From positions 408,582 to 472,581 of the forward strand of contig NC_068991.1 in the NCBI RefSeq assembly GCF_001194135.2: 64,000 nt of DNA. Direction: 5' to 3'. Below are positions 12,064-26,469 of the stretch, one piece after another. Both the position numbers and the translations under genes were made by a program. The notes beneath the pieces are model-generated. The model was not told the origin of the DNA. It worked only from the letters and a program-made list of their open reading frames with translations, and searched no databases. Source of the stretch: Octopus bimaculoides (taxonomy: Eukaryota). Each line of letters begins with the position of its first letter. Position 1 is the first letter of the stretch.

Positions 12064-15000
12064 GCATCCATCCATCTATCCACACACACACACACAATGG
12101 ACTTCAGTTTCTGTCTGTCAAATCTACTCAAAGACTTTTCTTTAACGACGGTTTAAGTAGAAGACACTCACTTGAGGTATCAAGTGAGTGACATTGTGTG
12201 GTTGGGAAGCAAGATCCTTAACCATAGAGCCACATCATCATCATCATCATCATCGTTTAACCTCCGTTTTCCATGCTGGCATGGGTTGGACAGTTTGACA
12301 CCTATGATAATATATAATAAGGAGGAGGACAGCAAAAAGTTGTAACATCCTATGCAGGATTCAAACACCATGTCTGATATACAACTGATGTACATTGTAG
12401 AGTTGTGCTAATCACTACACCAAAGTAACATCATAATCGTTAATTACCTAAATTAGTACATTTAAAATAAGTAGTCTCAATGTCAGACAAATGAATTGTG
12501 TGTGTGTGTGGTGGGGTGTGTGGCAGATTAAAACATTTTGTCTGTTCATTTAGTGTGCAGAGAAGGTTTGTCTTTACCCAGCAGCTACATGAACAGACCA
12601 CAGGGCTTCAAGTTGTGGAAGAGCTTCCACTATTGTTGTTACTGTCTTCCAAATTATTTATTGAAGTATTTGGGGCAGTTTCTTCTATCAATTGTTCTCT
12701 AACCCATTCATTTTCTTTTTTGCTTTTGTATAATTAGTTCTGTTTATATTTTGCCTTGTTTTTAAGCCATTGTAGCATTTTGTTGCGTGGCAAAAATATG
12801 TTTAGGCAGCCATTTTGGATGTGAAAATAAATTTTTCAAAATTTGTGAAACAAAACTATTTTTTTGTTGTCTACCCCTGGGTAATGAGAGCAGCCTCTCC
12901 TTAACCCATTGTAGTTCTTTTTACAAATACTCCAAGAGAATTGCATTTGGTAATACTTGAAGTAAAACATGTTTTGAAAAGAGAAGCAAAGACACAGAAC
13001 AGGCTATGAGACAATAATAACAATAATGATAATAATAATAATAATAATTGTTTCAAATTTTGGTACAAGGTCAGCAAATGGGGAGGAGGTAGTTGATTAC
13101 ATCAACCCCAATAATATTAATAGATGAGGGAATGGTGGTGGTGGTGGTGGCAGGGATGATGATAATGATGATGATGTTAAGTAGAAATTTAATAAGAAGC
13201 AAACTAAAAAAGGTTTATCTGTAAATGATGTCTTGTTTGAAAATACACAAACTGTTGTACGTGAGAGTGTGTGTGTGTGTGTTTGTATTTGTGCATATTA
13301 TGTGTGAGTGGGCATGCATCTACGCATGAGTGTGTATACATAAATGCAAGTGTACATTGTGTGTTAGCCTATGTGCATTGTGTGTGTGGGGGGGGGGGGA
13401 GACCAGTCAGTCAATTGCAGTGTTTATATTTATATACAAATAATTATGCCGTAGTGTTAATGACTTCAGTAATTCACAAAACTATTTTCTGTGAAGAAGT
13501 AAACAGATTAATTCTTTTCCAAGAATTGATACATTTTGCCTGAGAGGTTCCATTAGAGCTGGAGATGGCTGTTATTTCGGCATCTCTTGAAGATGGCAAA
13601 GACTTTATACAAAGTGACAGGTTACTGGATTGTTACTGAAGTGTAGAATTACAGGAGAGAGAAGCAGCAATAATGAGATGTTACAAGATTCATGCCTTTT
13701 GCCACATCATTAGAAGCATTAATGAAGTGAAGCTTAATCAACTAGAAGCAGACATGGTCATGCAATTAAGGAGTTTGCTTTGCCATTTCATGATTCTGGG
13801 TTCAATACCAATGTGTAGCACCTTGGTAGTTGTCTTCTCCCCTGGCTTCGGGTCAACTAAAGCTTTATAAGTGAAACTCAGTGGAAGAAAACTGTGTGGA
13901 AGCCTGTTTGCAGAAGTTTCCCTTCTTCTGGGTGGTTCATTTAGCCCCTGTCACTTGGTTTCTTTATTAAGGTCCATCGCAAGACGATGAAGTGTGGTGA
14001 TTGTAGTGACCTTGAAAAGAAGGAGTTACGTGGCATGCAAGTGTGGTGGCCTTAAGAGGGGTTTGTTGGATAGTACTTAAGGATAATGACCTAGTAAATG
14101 GGGTGGGTTGGGGGGGTCTTAAATTATCTGGTGACATTGGTTCAAAATTGCTTTTTTGACAAGCCAACAAGGAAGCTTCTATGTGGTTGATTGACCTGCT
14201 GAAAATAGTAGTCAAATGCCCTTCCTGTTACACTTAGATGTCCTAAAAATGAGGGCAAATGGCTAGAATGTTTCTGATCAAAATTCTGATTGTTCAGAGC
14301 TGACCTGTGATTAAACAGTATTACTGACGATATATATACGTTGTGTGTGTCCTGATATTATTGAAGTTGGGTGTTGATGTAGCATTTACAATTCTATTTA
14401 ATTATAAAGAAATCAAAGATAACCACAACATCTTCTTTGAACTTTCTTAGAGTCGAATTAAAATAGTCACAATAAGACAGTAAAGGTAGGGAAGGTCCCT
14501 TTTGTTTCCAGTATAGTTACTGTTATCTTGGATTTCTTTACACTTTGCCTAGACAGTTATGCTACAGTAGAATATTTCTTTTATTTACAAATAATTCACC
14601 CAAACATATTTTTAGTACGATTTCTGCATTGAATCCTATTCTTGTATTCACACTCTATGAAACAAAAAAAAATTATAATTTTTGTCTTCAATACTTTGGG
14701 TGGGGTTGCGTTGCCCAAATACTGAAATGTCAGCATTGTACTCCCGGCTGTCGTAGATGCATCAGCCAGTTGTTGTTCATTTATTCAGGATACCGGCTAC
14801 ACAAAAGGGCTGGATTTCATTTTAATTGTGTCTGCTGCTGATACAAACTTGTCATTTATCTGACATTCAAGGCTGCACTGTCAGCCCACCTAACTTCAGC
14901 AACAAACTTGAATTATGTCAACATTTTTTTTACTATAGAAAAATCCTCCAGTTTTAAAGTGGATTGATACTTAACAGAAGACTTAATTGGGTTAGAAATA

Positions 15001-15084
15001 CACAACCATCAAATTCAAACTGATGGTAATATTTCTAAATAGTCAAAAATATAAATATTCTAGGCTTACACAAACACATCACCA

Positions 15085-15320
15085 TCATCATCATCATCAT
15101 CATCATCATTTAATGCCCATTTTCCATGCTGGCATGAATTGGACAGTTTGACAGGAGCTGGACAATGCCAGAGAACTGCACTGGGCTCCACTTGTCTGCT
15201 GTGGAATGGTTTCTATGGTTGGATGCCCTTCCTAATGCCAACCACTTCACAGAGTGGCACTGGGTGCTTTGTACATGGCACCAGCACCGGTGGGGTCACC
15301 AAATAACTTGCACAACAAAA
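15085..15320 (-). mobile_element. RTE-family 3' end copy
   Basis: (CAT)n tail, CCATGCTGGCATG and GGATGCCCTTCCTAATGCCAACCAC. Confidence 0.8.
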
Positions 15321-17194
15321 ATCTCTCAGCTCAGAGAGGGAGAGAGGGGGGTGGTATTGTGCCAGTTGCAAGGTTAAAGAGTATGATAGAGAGAGAGAGG
15401 TAGGGAGGGTCTTACTATAAGAAGAAATACCTGACCACCCCAGTAGATGTGAGAAAGGGAGAGAGAGAAAGGGAGAGAGAGAAAAGGAGAGAGAGAAAGG
15501 GAGAGAGAGAAAGGGAGAGAGAGAAAGGGAGAGAGAGAAACAGATGATGCTGGAGATGCATTGGGACCTTCCCACAGGGTACAGTGGTGTAGGGAGGGGA
15601 TAGGGGAGGATGTTTCATAAGAACGAGAGGGGAGATGTTTAAAGACAGGGAAGAAGTGATGGGAGCAAGTGATGGTAGGAGAAATTGAAGTGGCTGCAGG
15701 TGTGCAGTAGCTATGAGAGGGCATGGAGAGTGTACAGGTAGGCATGTGAGGGAGAGTGGAGGGGAGTGCAGTGACTGGTGATGATGGGTAATGGGAAGGG
15801 AGGTGTTGGGATGATGGGTTGTGAGGGGAGATTTGTCAGAAGACAGATTATGTGTGTGTGTGAGAGGGGGGGGCACAGTCACACATACCTGCCCATATGT
15901 ATGGTCACAATTTTATTTAGCTTGCCATGTCTTCTCAAACACAACAAAACCACCAGAAGTTTTGGTCCCTTTGGGATCTCCTCTGTGAGATGTGAAGACC
16001 ATTTCTCACTATTTCATTCCATGTGTTCCTGAGCCTACCGCTTCCACAGGTTCCCTCCACAACTCCTTTATGCAGCTGGCCTCATCCACACATCACATGA
16101 TCATACCAGTGCAGTCTTTTCTTCCAATTCTGCCTCACCTTTTCCTTCCACTCCCAGAAGTTGGTGAGGGTTTCACCAGAAAGTAACAGCCTTCAGAAGA
16201 AAACTTGTCTGCCTTTTGCAGCCAGAGGAAATTAGTGGGGCATCTTTATGATAAACTCTATTGACAACACCCAAACATTTTAAAATTGATTGCAAATATT
16301 TCTATTGATTTATCACTGATTTAACACTCATTTTTTTTTTTACTATTTCAGCATTCGGAAGATCCAAATGGGGAGAAGAACCAAAAAGACAGAAAGTAGG
16401 ATTCCTTAATCCTACATGTTCGTGGTATGAATGTGGAATTACCATACCCTAAAATTCGACAAAAAATACTGTAATGAAATCAAATTTAAGTGCAATCCTT
16501 TGAAATTTGATGTAGCACAAGGCTAAATTACTCTGATGGTATCACAAAACAGCTTTTTAATTCCAATAATAAAACAAATGAATAGCCAACTAATGGAACA
16601 TTACCAAAAAAAGACAGCATATAATATACATGTGTATATGAAAAATGCTTGTGTAGTTATGTATATAATTACTCTAAGTGTATATGTATGTATACATATA
16701 TATACACGCAGTATATGTGGACAGTGGAATGAAAGATTATGTGTATATATGTACAAAATTATGCTTTTATACATGAGTTTATATAAACATAGATAAGCAT
16801 TTATGTATAGAAATATTACAATATAATGAGGTCTTTATATATATGTCTGTGAGTATATATATATATATATATATATATNNNNNNNNNNNNNNNNNNNNNN
16901 NNNNNNNNNNNNNNNNNNNNNNNNNNNNNNNNNNNNNNNNNNNNNNNNNNNNNNNNNNNNNNNNNNNNNNNNNNNNNNNNNNNNNNNNNNNNNNNNNNNN
17001 NNNNNNNNNNNNNNNNNNNNNNNNNNNNNNNNNNNNNNNNNNNNNNNNNNNNNNNNNNNNNNNNNNNNNNNNNNATATAAATTTAAATAAGGGTGAAAAA
17101 TTGAATATTAATTTGATTAATATCAATTTAAAACCAGTGGCCTAGCAAATTGAAAAAATCTGAAGATTCAGAAAAATTATATTACATATGTATG

Positions 17195-17229
<35 letters not shown>

Positions 17230-17230
17230 T

Positions 17231-17446
17231 AATATAAAAGTTAGAATAGGCCGGTTTATGGGATTACTTTTGGTTTCACATCCATAAAGCGCTCAGCTTT
17301 ACGGCATATCATCAGATTCCAAAACCCATTGGCTTAAGGCCTCTCTAGAATATGGAGGAGGAAATGACTTTGCTACTCAATGTCAACATCAGGGGATTGT
17401 CTCCCAAAGGTGATCCCATAAACTGATCTATTCTAACTTTTATATT
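17231..17446. mobile_element. MITE with ~42-bp TIRs
   Basis: AATATAAAAGTTAGAATAGGCCGGTTTATGGGATTACTTTTGG at the left is the near reverse complement of CCCAAAGGTGATCCCATAAACTGATCTATTCTAACTTTTATATT at the right. Confidence 0.85.
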
Positions 17447-18349
17447 CTATACTGCTCTATAACTTAGAGTGAGCTTCTTTTCTGGATTTATGTTCTACCG
17501 ACAATATATATATCTGTATATACATATACGCATGAGTACATATATGTAAATATACATGTGTATGCACACACACATATATATATCTATGTGTATGCATATA
17601 CATGTATGTATATATATATATATATATATATATCACTATGTATATGCATATATATAAATATATATTTACATACATACCTACATATATATATATACACATG
17701 TATGCACATATATATATATATATATACATATATATATAATATGATCAACCTCTTAATATGTTTGTGCTCTTTTGAAACAAGATTCTTAAAAAAAAAAAAA
17801 AAACAAATGAAAATAAGAAAACCAATGAAAGTTTCAGAAAAACCAGCAGAGGAGGAGGAGACCAAAAATGGGAATAAGATTCCATGGATTTCACCTCAAC
17901 AAACCAACGCAATCAGAAGAGAACCACTGGGAAAATATTTACTTGGATTGTCAAATCACAATAAAATAAATGAAAACGAATTTTTACTGCCATTTATTTT
18001 TCAAATTATNNNNNNNNNNNNNNNNNNNNNNNNNNATATATATATATATATATATATAGATAAGTAGCAACATTCTAAACACTACTTCCCCTGCACAAAG
18101 CTTGTTCTGCTGAACATTTTAAATACATCAAAACTCCATGATATCTTGACCAATATCAAATGTTAAAGAATATGAGTTCTGTAAAACTATAACGAGAATG
18201 TCCCACTCCCAAATATCTGGTGTTATAAACTTTGCAGTACAAAAGAAAAAGACAAACACAGATATTTGGTTAAGTGGCTGATACAAGAATCTAATATTGT
18301 ATTTTATACATAATGTGTGTGTATGTGCATGTGTCTATAAATATAGATG

Positions 18350-18380
<31 letters not shown>

Positions 18381-18555
18381 ATTTTCCAGGTGAAAGCCAG
18401 TTCATGAGGTTTCCCATCCATAAAGGGTTTAACTTTATGGCATATCCCCAAGACCTGTGGCCTATGACCTCTTTAAAATATGGAGGGAAAAAGTCTGAAT
18501 TATTTCCCTTTGCCAATGGCTATCAACTTCCGACTGTACTGCATTGTTCAGCTAT

Positions 18556-18614
<59 letters not shown>

Positions 18615-18821
18615 GCGTATGTGTGAATACGTGTGTGAGTGCATGATGCTCATCATTATCATTTTTTCACATCCACTTTCCATGCTGGCATGGGTTAGAC
18701 AGTTCCAATGGGTCAGAGGACGACATGTGGCTCCAGCATCTGTTTTAGCATGATTTCTACAGCCCTTCTCAATGCTAGCACAAGTGGGTCATCTAGTAGG
18801 TTGCAGTACTACAGAGCCCCA

Positions 18822-19040
18822 AGGTGGTGAGCTGGCAGAAACGTTAGCATGCTGGGCGAAATGCTTAGCGGTATTTCATGTGTCTTTATGTTCTGAGTTC
18901 AAATTCCACTGAGGTCGACTTTGCCTTTCATCCTTTCGGGGTCGATTAAATAAGTACCAGTTGTGTACTGGGGTCGATATAATCGACTGGCTCCCTCCTC
19001 TCCAAAAATTTTGGGCCTTGTGCCTAGAGTAGAAAAGCAT
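18822..19040 (+). mobile_element. tRNA-derived octopus-type SINE (GGCGGCGAGCTGGCAG family)
   Basis: Head GGTGGTGAGCTGGCAGAAACGTTAGC..., B-box-like GAGTTCAAATTCC, body GACTTTGCCTTTCATCCTTTCGGGGTCG...AAGTACCAG, tail GGCCTTGTGCCTAGAGTAG. Other, often partial, copies at about 28510-28640 (-), 36560-36780 (+), 38330-38530 (+), 45150-45370 (+) and 52190-52420 (-). Confidence 0.85.
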
Positions 19041-19729
19041 ACAACGGAGCCCCTTTCAATGAGTAGGAGTATTGTGGAATGGAAGTGTTTAGGAGTTATG
19101 AGAGCACATTGGTCATGGCAGAGGAGATACGAATCTACCTTTGATTAGAGTGGGTGGGCATAAATGGAGTGGAGCTGGATAAAGATTGTGATGACATGGG
19201 TGTTAAAGTGTACAGTCAAGATAGAAGGTGAAGAGAGAAAACTGGGAAGGGTAGGAAGGCAAAGTTTGCAAGAGTGTTGGGGGGGGGGGTGAATGGCGGT
19301 TAGACATTGGGGTCAAAGTAAATGTAGAGAAAAAGAGTGTAATGAATGGTAAGTGGGTGGAAGATGATGAGAACAAGAAGGGATGTCAATAGAGGTGACT
19401 CAAAGGAGAAGAAGTGATGAGTGACAAACGGTGTGTGTGTGAGACGGAGAGACGAGAATGAGGTGTGGATGACAATAGGAAATGATTGGTGGTGGGGGGG
19501 GAGATGAAGAGATAACTGATAGCACAGAAATGAAAGAAATATGCAGTAGTTGGAAGAATAATGGAGGTATCAGTGATAGAGACATGGGGTGGAAGGGATG
19601 GCTTGATAGAGACAAATTGGGCAAGGGGCCCAGTCGTCTGTGTGTGTATATAGACACATTATGCTTCCAGAAGATTGGTTTCAGTGATAGGAGGGTCTTC
19701 TTGAGTACAGAATATTGCCAATCAGCTTA

Positions 19730-20830
19730 GTGTTTTGTCATCTCTTCCTGAGATTGACCTTTACAACTTCATCTTACATTTTCCTGGGTCTCCCTCTTAT
19801 AAAAGTTCCTTGCACAGTAATTGGCACTTCTTTGCTTGTCTTAATACCCTTAACTACCCAATTCTATCATACTGCTGTCAACTAGACTGGTTGGTCCCTG
19901 AGTTGGGTCAACGTAATCTTCAGTCACCTCCTTCCTCAAACATCTTGAGATCATTTTTCAACATCTCTTCTCAAGCCTTCTTCAATCTCTCTTCACCATT
20001 CTGAGCTTTTAGCATTTATGTAGCTGTCACCCTCCACACCAGAGCAGTCACCTCTCCTGCATCTGAATCCTTTTCTACCCACTTTGTTTCTCACTTCATT
20101 TATACTCTATCGCTAATAACATAACACATTTCCTTCCATGCTGGCATCATTTCTTTCAAGCCTTCATAGGAATTCTGCTCTCAAGGCCATGCAGCAGTGC
20201 ACATTGTACACCAGCATTATACAGTCTCCCCTTGATTTTCAGACATAAACCCTTTTTTTGCCAGCAACTTACTCCAACCTGTTCTCATAATTTCGTGATC
20301 ACACATTCAGAACATCCACCATCACTGCTTATGTAAACTCCTGGGTAGATAAAGCTATCAACTGTTACTAGGAAACCATCTGGGGTATTTCAGAGAATCC
20401 ATTTCCTGAGCACCCTTCATGTACCTGCTGCATCTGAAATTCACCTTCTCTATTAACCTGTCTTTAAGACTCCCACATCTTTTCTGGGTCCATTGTATAC
20501 ACAGGGCATATCTTATAGAATTTCTTCTGAATCCTTTTCTGCCAGTGAATCAAGACCATTTTCCTGATACCTTAGGGGTTCCTGTCTTCCTTCCTACTAA
20601 TGGTTTTTCAAAATTTACCTTAGAGCCCTTCAATTCCAGGTTTGGATTCCATGTCTGGAATTTCAGCTTCAAGTCTTCAACAGAGTCTACACTAAGAGCT
20701 AAACTGTCAGACTCCATGAGCTCCCAAGGACAGTTCCTCTGTTATGGCTGCAAGGTCTTTGATAGGACAGGGTTGAGGACCAAACCCAGATATACCCCAC
20801 TTGCACACTCAATTTATTGCTGAACTCCGA
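19730..20830 (-). mobile_element. Decayed RTE-clade LINE, 3' part of ORF
   Basis: Minus-strand remnants such as VTVDSFIYPG..SSDGGCSECV and KGLCLKIKGRLYNAGVQCALLHG, followed by EEMLKNDLKMF near the end. Many stops and frameshifts. Confidence 0.75.
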
Positions 20831-20908
20831 TTCACACCTTACTGACTACCCCTTCATACAGGGATTATTCAACCCTCATAAATATATGCATGTATGGATG
20901 TATCCACA

Positions 20909-20974
<66 letters not shown>

Positions 20975-23900
20975 CTTTTATACATACATATTATTTCAAC
21001 CTGGATTCCACAAGTGGAAATATATTTAATAAGAAACTTTAAATTGCCAGTGCTTACTGGATTACAGTTAAACTAATTAATAATTCAACTCTTACATGTA
21101 ATTAACAAAGTAAAGACAAACAAATTAGAAGAAAACTTGATGAATTTTGAGGGAAAAAAAAAACCCAACTTTTTTTTAATGCTGTTATAAATCATGTAAG
21201 AGGATTAAATATTTGTAGAGTGAAATGAATGTTGAAATGAAATTACATGAAGGCCCAGAGGAACAACAGCAGAGCAAAAAGAGAATGAATTGAGATTTGT
21301 ATAAAGCTGAGAGACCAGGCCACCAGGCTGAAGTGGCCACCAAGACTTGGCACAATATGTTGCTGTAAAAGGATTAGAGAACTGTGATGTATTATTTTAA
21401 TAGGAAAAGAAAGATCACCATTAACCAGAGAAGGCAAGAACTGGAATGATGGAGGTAAATTTCCTTTCTCGGCAGCGAGACACGAATAAGATATTCTGCC
21501 TCTTGGGTTTTTTTTTTTTCTATTCTAACCATTTAAAATATTTCATCTGATAACACAATTTACTCCAAGTTTCTTCATAGATATCATTATTAAATGCTAC
21601 AAAGCATTTTGTCTTTTATTATTATTATTTAAATATATTTGCATAGACTTCAGTTTCTGATAGATTTTTCCAAAGAAAAATTACCAAGTCTCTCTTAAAC
21701 ATATTTTCTTTTATAAAATTTAAATAGAAAAGAAAAAAATCAATTCAATTCTTTCACATTTAGAAAAATTAATATTAACTCATTTTTTTAATTAATATTT
21801 TGAATAAAACACATTTTCAACAATCTAAACAGCTCATAACTACTGAACTATATTTATTATTTATATTATAAATACAAGGCCCCCAATTCTAGTGGTGAGC
21901 TTGTGAGGTTTGCAGTCACTTATATCAACACCTGTAATTGAGTGCTACTTATTTCGTAAACCTTGACAGGGATTTCAATTTATATATACACCATCCTACC
22001 TATTCTTTTCACCCACTGTGATTATATAAGAAACAAATATAACTTATTGCTAGTAACCATGATTTGTTATACTAACCTGACCTCACACTGAATTATATCA
22101 CATAAAAATCAATCTTTGGCAATGCCAATAATAAGCTTGCACTGTTTATGGAAGTAAACCTATTGTGAGATGCTGGTAAACGATCTTAAAATTATTGTCT
22201 CAACGTAACACAGCAACATTTTTAGAAATGATAATAAAAAATTTACTTTTATATTGAAATTTTGGACACTTTTTGTTATCTTTTGCTTCTTACTTAAATT
22301 TTTATGTAAAATATTTATAATTTAATTCTTTTATTGAAGCCTATTTATGCTTAAATGATGCAAAATACTTTTTGGTTTATAGCAGCTGTGTTCAATTCCA
22401 GAGACTGTTCCTAATCAAAATACTATAAATTCTTCTCTCAGTTATCTGCATATTGTTTTGCAGGTAGAAGTGAATTGTCTGCCATTATCTTCATCAACTC
22501 ACCATCTTGGTACTGTCAAAAGAGAGATTACGTATGATGTATATACATCACTCCGGTCCCATGAGCGTTAATATATATCACTGCATCACCAGTCGACTTG
22601 GTCCATCTCATTTGTCAGAGGATATAACATCCTGAGATCCTTTCTCAACACCTCATCCCAAAATCTTTCAGTAGGAGAAAGAGACCAAGGACACCTTGGG
22701 ATAATGTAGTGGAAAGTGATCTCCAGATGTTACATCTGACAAAAGAGACGACTGAAGACTATCTCAGTGTTGCAGAAGACCCAGCCTCCCACACAAGCTT
22801 AGTTCACCCTTTACTTTATTTTCCTTTACACCTTCCACTCAATCCCCTTCAGTCTCCCTCCTCACTGCTCTTATCACTGAATCTCTATCGCAAATCCCCT
22901 TCCATTACCTGCATCCATTTTATCTTTTTTTTTTCATCCACCACTTTATCCACCCATGTATAACATGAGGCAGCACTACACCCCATCCCCCTCCAACCAC
23001 CCTCATCATCATCCTCTATCCCTCTCCCCCCCTCTCTATCTATCTATCTATCTCACATTACACTTTCTTTCTTATTACCTCCTTCCCTAATAGTGTCCCT
23101 ACTGTTCTCGTCACAGAATCCACCTGAAACCACAATATAACTGCAATGTATTTGTCTATGAACAATCAGGACTCAGATGTTAAAATAATGCCAACTTCAT
23201 TTCTCAGCTTGACTGACCAAAGCCAGGATGTTGAAGAATTCAGATACTCTTATCCAGGAGTAAAAGTATAATTGCATCCTTCAACACAGAAACCCATTCA
23301 GACATAAACGCAAACACATCTTTCGTCTAATGCCATTATGACCAAGTACCATCTGTAGAGAAATTAGCATGTAATCAATACAGGAATTAATTTGTGAGAT
23401 CAAATAAATTAAATAAATTCTTGTACGTTCTCAGCTTCAGGAGGCTCTTTTTAGCTCTGCTAGAATGAGAGGACTTTTCTGTCAGGATAAAACAAAGATT
23501 GAATGTTGCGTGTGTGTGTGTGTGTGAAATGCAATGCTGCATGGCAGTAAGGCATGGAGAGAGAAGTTGTGGAGATTAAGAAATGAGGTAAGCATGCTTC
23601 ACTGGATGTGTAGTAAGGTTAGTGTGTATCAATAACAAAGTATTAAGGACGCACCATGAAACATCTGTTGAACTGTGAGAGATGCCAGATGCAAACAAAT
23701 ATTCACTTATCAGTTCCAACTGAAATTATTATCTTTTCTATATCCTAATTTCAGCACTTCAATATTTTCCCCAGTTCAAGTCTTCTCACTTATTAAAAAT
23801 ATCTTTCAATCAAATCACAAAACTTCATTCAGTCATAACATCAAATGGCTATCAATCACATCAATAAAGATCTATAATTTCACATCATGAAAAATCTATC

Positions 23901-25029
23901 AATCACATAATCACATCATCAAAGACCTGTTAAAGATACAAAATGCCAGCTACCTCACTATTACCAAACATCTTCACCTTTCACATGGTGTAAACATTAT
24001 GATTTTTCTCAACAACTGAAATGGTGTTGGAATTTATTGAAACCAAGTTTGTCAAAAAGAAAGAAGAAACAAAAGAACAAACACACTCACAGGGTGAAAG
24101 TCATAAAATAAAAGAATTTCTTAAGATTTTATAAAGCTATCCACTATTTTGTTTAATAGATAAAACTGTTGTCAAATGCTGCCTCATATTTTGTTGTTTT
24201 CTTAGACAATTTTCCCACACTAAGTGTATAAAAAAAACCCATCAGTTTTCTTTCTCATAATTAGATATTAATAAGTGTCTTTAATGTAGCAGCACACTCT
24301 GGTAGACACGGTCTCTTTAAAAATAATTATCGTCATAACAATACCATATCTTAGTAGTAGGAAGTATTGTGTGAGAAAAGTATTGCTCTAATAATCCAAG
24401 AGGCTTTAACTTGACACAGCATTCTACTTCTTAATAGGTTCACCTCCTCTTCTCAACTGCAGTAAGTAGTCCTCTTTAATGAGAACTATGTACTATAGTT
24501 TAGAAGAAGATTTCTCAGCTGAGTTACTTGTAAAAGATAATTTTGAAACAATTATTTCCACGAGCTGACCTCAAGATTCAATACTTAATATTATGATACT
24601 TTATCCATACATCACAGCTCCCAACAACTCAGCTGGTTTTATTTTCTGTCTTCATAACTGTTTTGTATTAATCCTACACAACAAACCAGTTCTTGTTTTT
24701 TTTTATAAGATTCTGTCTTAAATGTTAGGACATTGACTTGTCTATAAATGAACTAACAAAATATTTTAAACTGCTTCAGGTTAGACTGATTAATTTGTGC
24801 ATGGGGAGCTGTTTATATTCGACAGCACCAACATTTATAAATCTTAGCACTGGTAAATGTGGAAGAATATCTGAAAAATTTGGGGTTTTGCATGTCAAGG
24901 TTTTTCATAAAAATAAGTACCATAGAAGGTTAAATTAATGTGGTTACTCCTGTATTCAGACAATTCACTTTTATCACGACCAGAATTTAATTCCTGCACA
25001 TGTTATTCTGATCAAAAAATAATAATAAT

Positions 25030-26465
25030 GAAATTATTGTATACAGTGCTCAAGTGCACTACAACTTGTCAAAAGTGTGCATAAAGCATATGCAGTATTG
25101 TACAAATGTCTGGAAAGTGAACAGTGTCTGAGTCAGATACATGCTTGCGTGTGTATGGTGGGGAGAAAATCAGGTGTAGTGTTGGCGAATCTGAGGAATC
25201 ATGGAAGTTTTGAAGGATGCAGTGCTCCGGCAACTAACAACTGATGCCAGCAGTTTGTTCCATACTTCAGCAACTCTTAGCATGAAAAAGTGTTTCCGAA
25301 AGTCATGGGAGCTGTGCTGTTTCTGACTTTGTAAACATGTCCACAGGTGTTAGACAGGTGGAATTTGAAAAGGTGCTCAGAGTTGTTGTTAGTAAGATGG
25401 TTGANNNNNNNNNNAGTGAACAGTGTCTGAGTCAGATACATGCTTGCGTGTGTATGGTGGGGAGAAAATCAGGTGTAGTGTTGGCGAATCTGAGGAATCA
25501 TGGAAGTTTTGAAGGATGCAGTGCTCCGGCAACTAACAACTGATGCCAGCAGTTTGTTCCATACTTCAGCAACTCTTAGCATGAAAAAGTGTTTCCGAAA
25601 GTCATGGGAGCTGTGCTGTTTCTGACTTTGTAAACATGTCCACAGGTGTTAGACAGGTGGAATTTGAAAAGGTGCTCAGAGTTGTTGTTAGTAAGATGGT
25701 TGATAATTTTATGGGCGTCTGCCAAGTCAGCTGCCAGACATCAGAGTTTCAATGTATCCATGCCCAGAGAAGCAAGGTGTTCAGAATATGGCAAATGCCT
25801 GACGGAGGGTATTCTCTTGGTTTCACATCACTGAATGGTTTCCAGATGATTAATATCCTGGGCAAGATAGGGGTTCCAGACCGGAGACACAAATTCCAGG
25901 TGAGGCTGCACCATAGCTATATAAAGCCTCAGATAGATAGCTGGAGAGCGGCTCACCAAGATACCCTCAGCCATCTTGGCAATTTTAGCAATGTGTTTTG
26001 CCCAACGCAAATCGATGTCGACAATAACGTCCAGGTCATGTTCACAGGAAGACTTTTTGAGATTAGTGTTGTGGAGGGAGTAAGTAGATGCTGGGATTTT
26101 CCTCCCAAAATGCATGGTGGTACATTTGTCCACAGCCAGCTTGAGTTTCCAGTCCATGATCCATTGCTGCATTGTGTCGAGGTCTGATTGCAATAAAGAT
26201 CTATAGTGTACACAAGATCTGTCCTTTTTATTTCGAGGTACAGCTTGATATCATCTGCATATTTCAACACTGTGGCATTCTTTAAGTTGGCATCTATGTC
26301 ATTAATATATGCAACAAATAGAAGGGGGCCAAGAACAGATCCCTGTGGTACTCCAGATGTCATCTCATAGGGTGAAGAGTGCTGTCCTAGAACTGTGACA
26401 ACCTCTTTTCAGCCGATAATGAAGGACTTCAACCAGTTATAGAGATCATCACTTACACCCATTGT
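25030..26465 (-). mobile_element. 5'-truncated CR1/L2-group LINE (RT C-terminal half plus 3' end), frameshifted
   Basis: Minus-strand frames give GVSDDLYNWLKSF..., TSGVPQGSVLGPLLFVAYINDID...KYADDIKLY (RT motifs) and YIAMVQPHLEFVSPVWNPYLAQDINHLETIQ. Ends in an ATT-rich tail near 25020-25040. Contains a duplicated 289-bp block across the N-gap at 25405-25414. Confidence 0.9.
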
Positions 26466-26469
26466 TACC

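Noticed and set aside
21404-24461. Phase-compatible chain of putative + exons (21404-21454, 22464-22531, 24438-24461)
   Set aside because: The joined peptide resembles nothing I recognise, and AG/GT pairs of this kind arise by chance. The middle one also abuts an RTE remnant and overlaps an equally good minus-strand micro-exon. RNA evidence is needed.
25116-25703. Exact 289-bp tandem duplication (25116-25404 = 25415-25703) inside the LINE
   Set aside because: The copies are separated by a 10-N gap. This is the classic signature of overlapping contig ends left unmerged, so it is an assembly artefact.
25636-26187. 183-aa + strand ORF
   Set aside because: It is the antisense shadow of the LINE RT.
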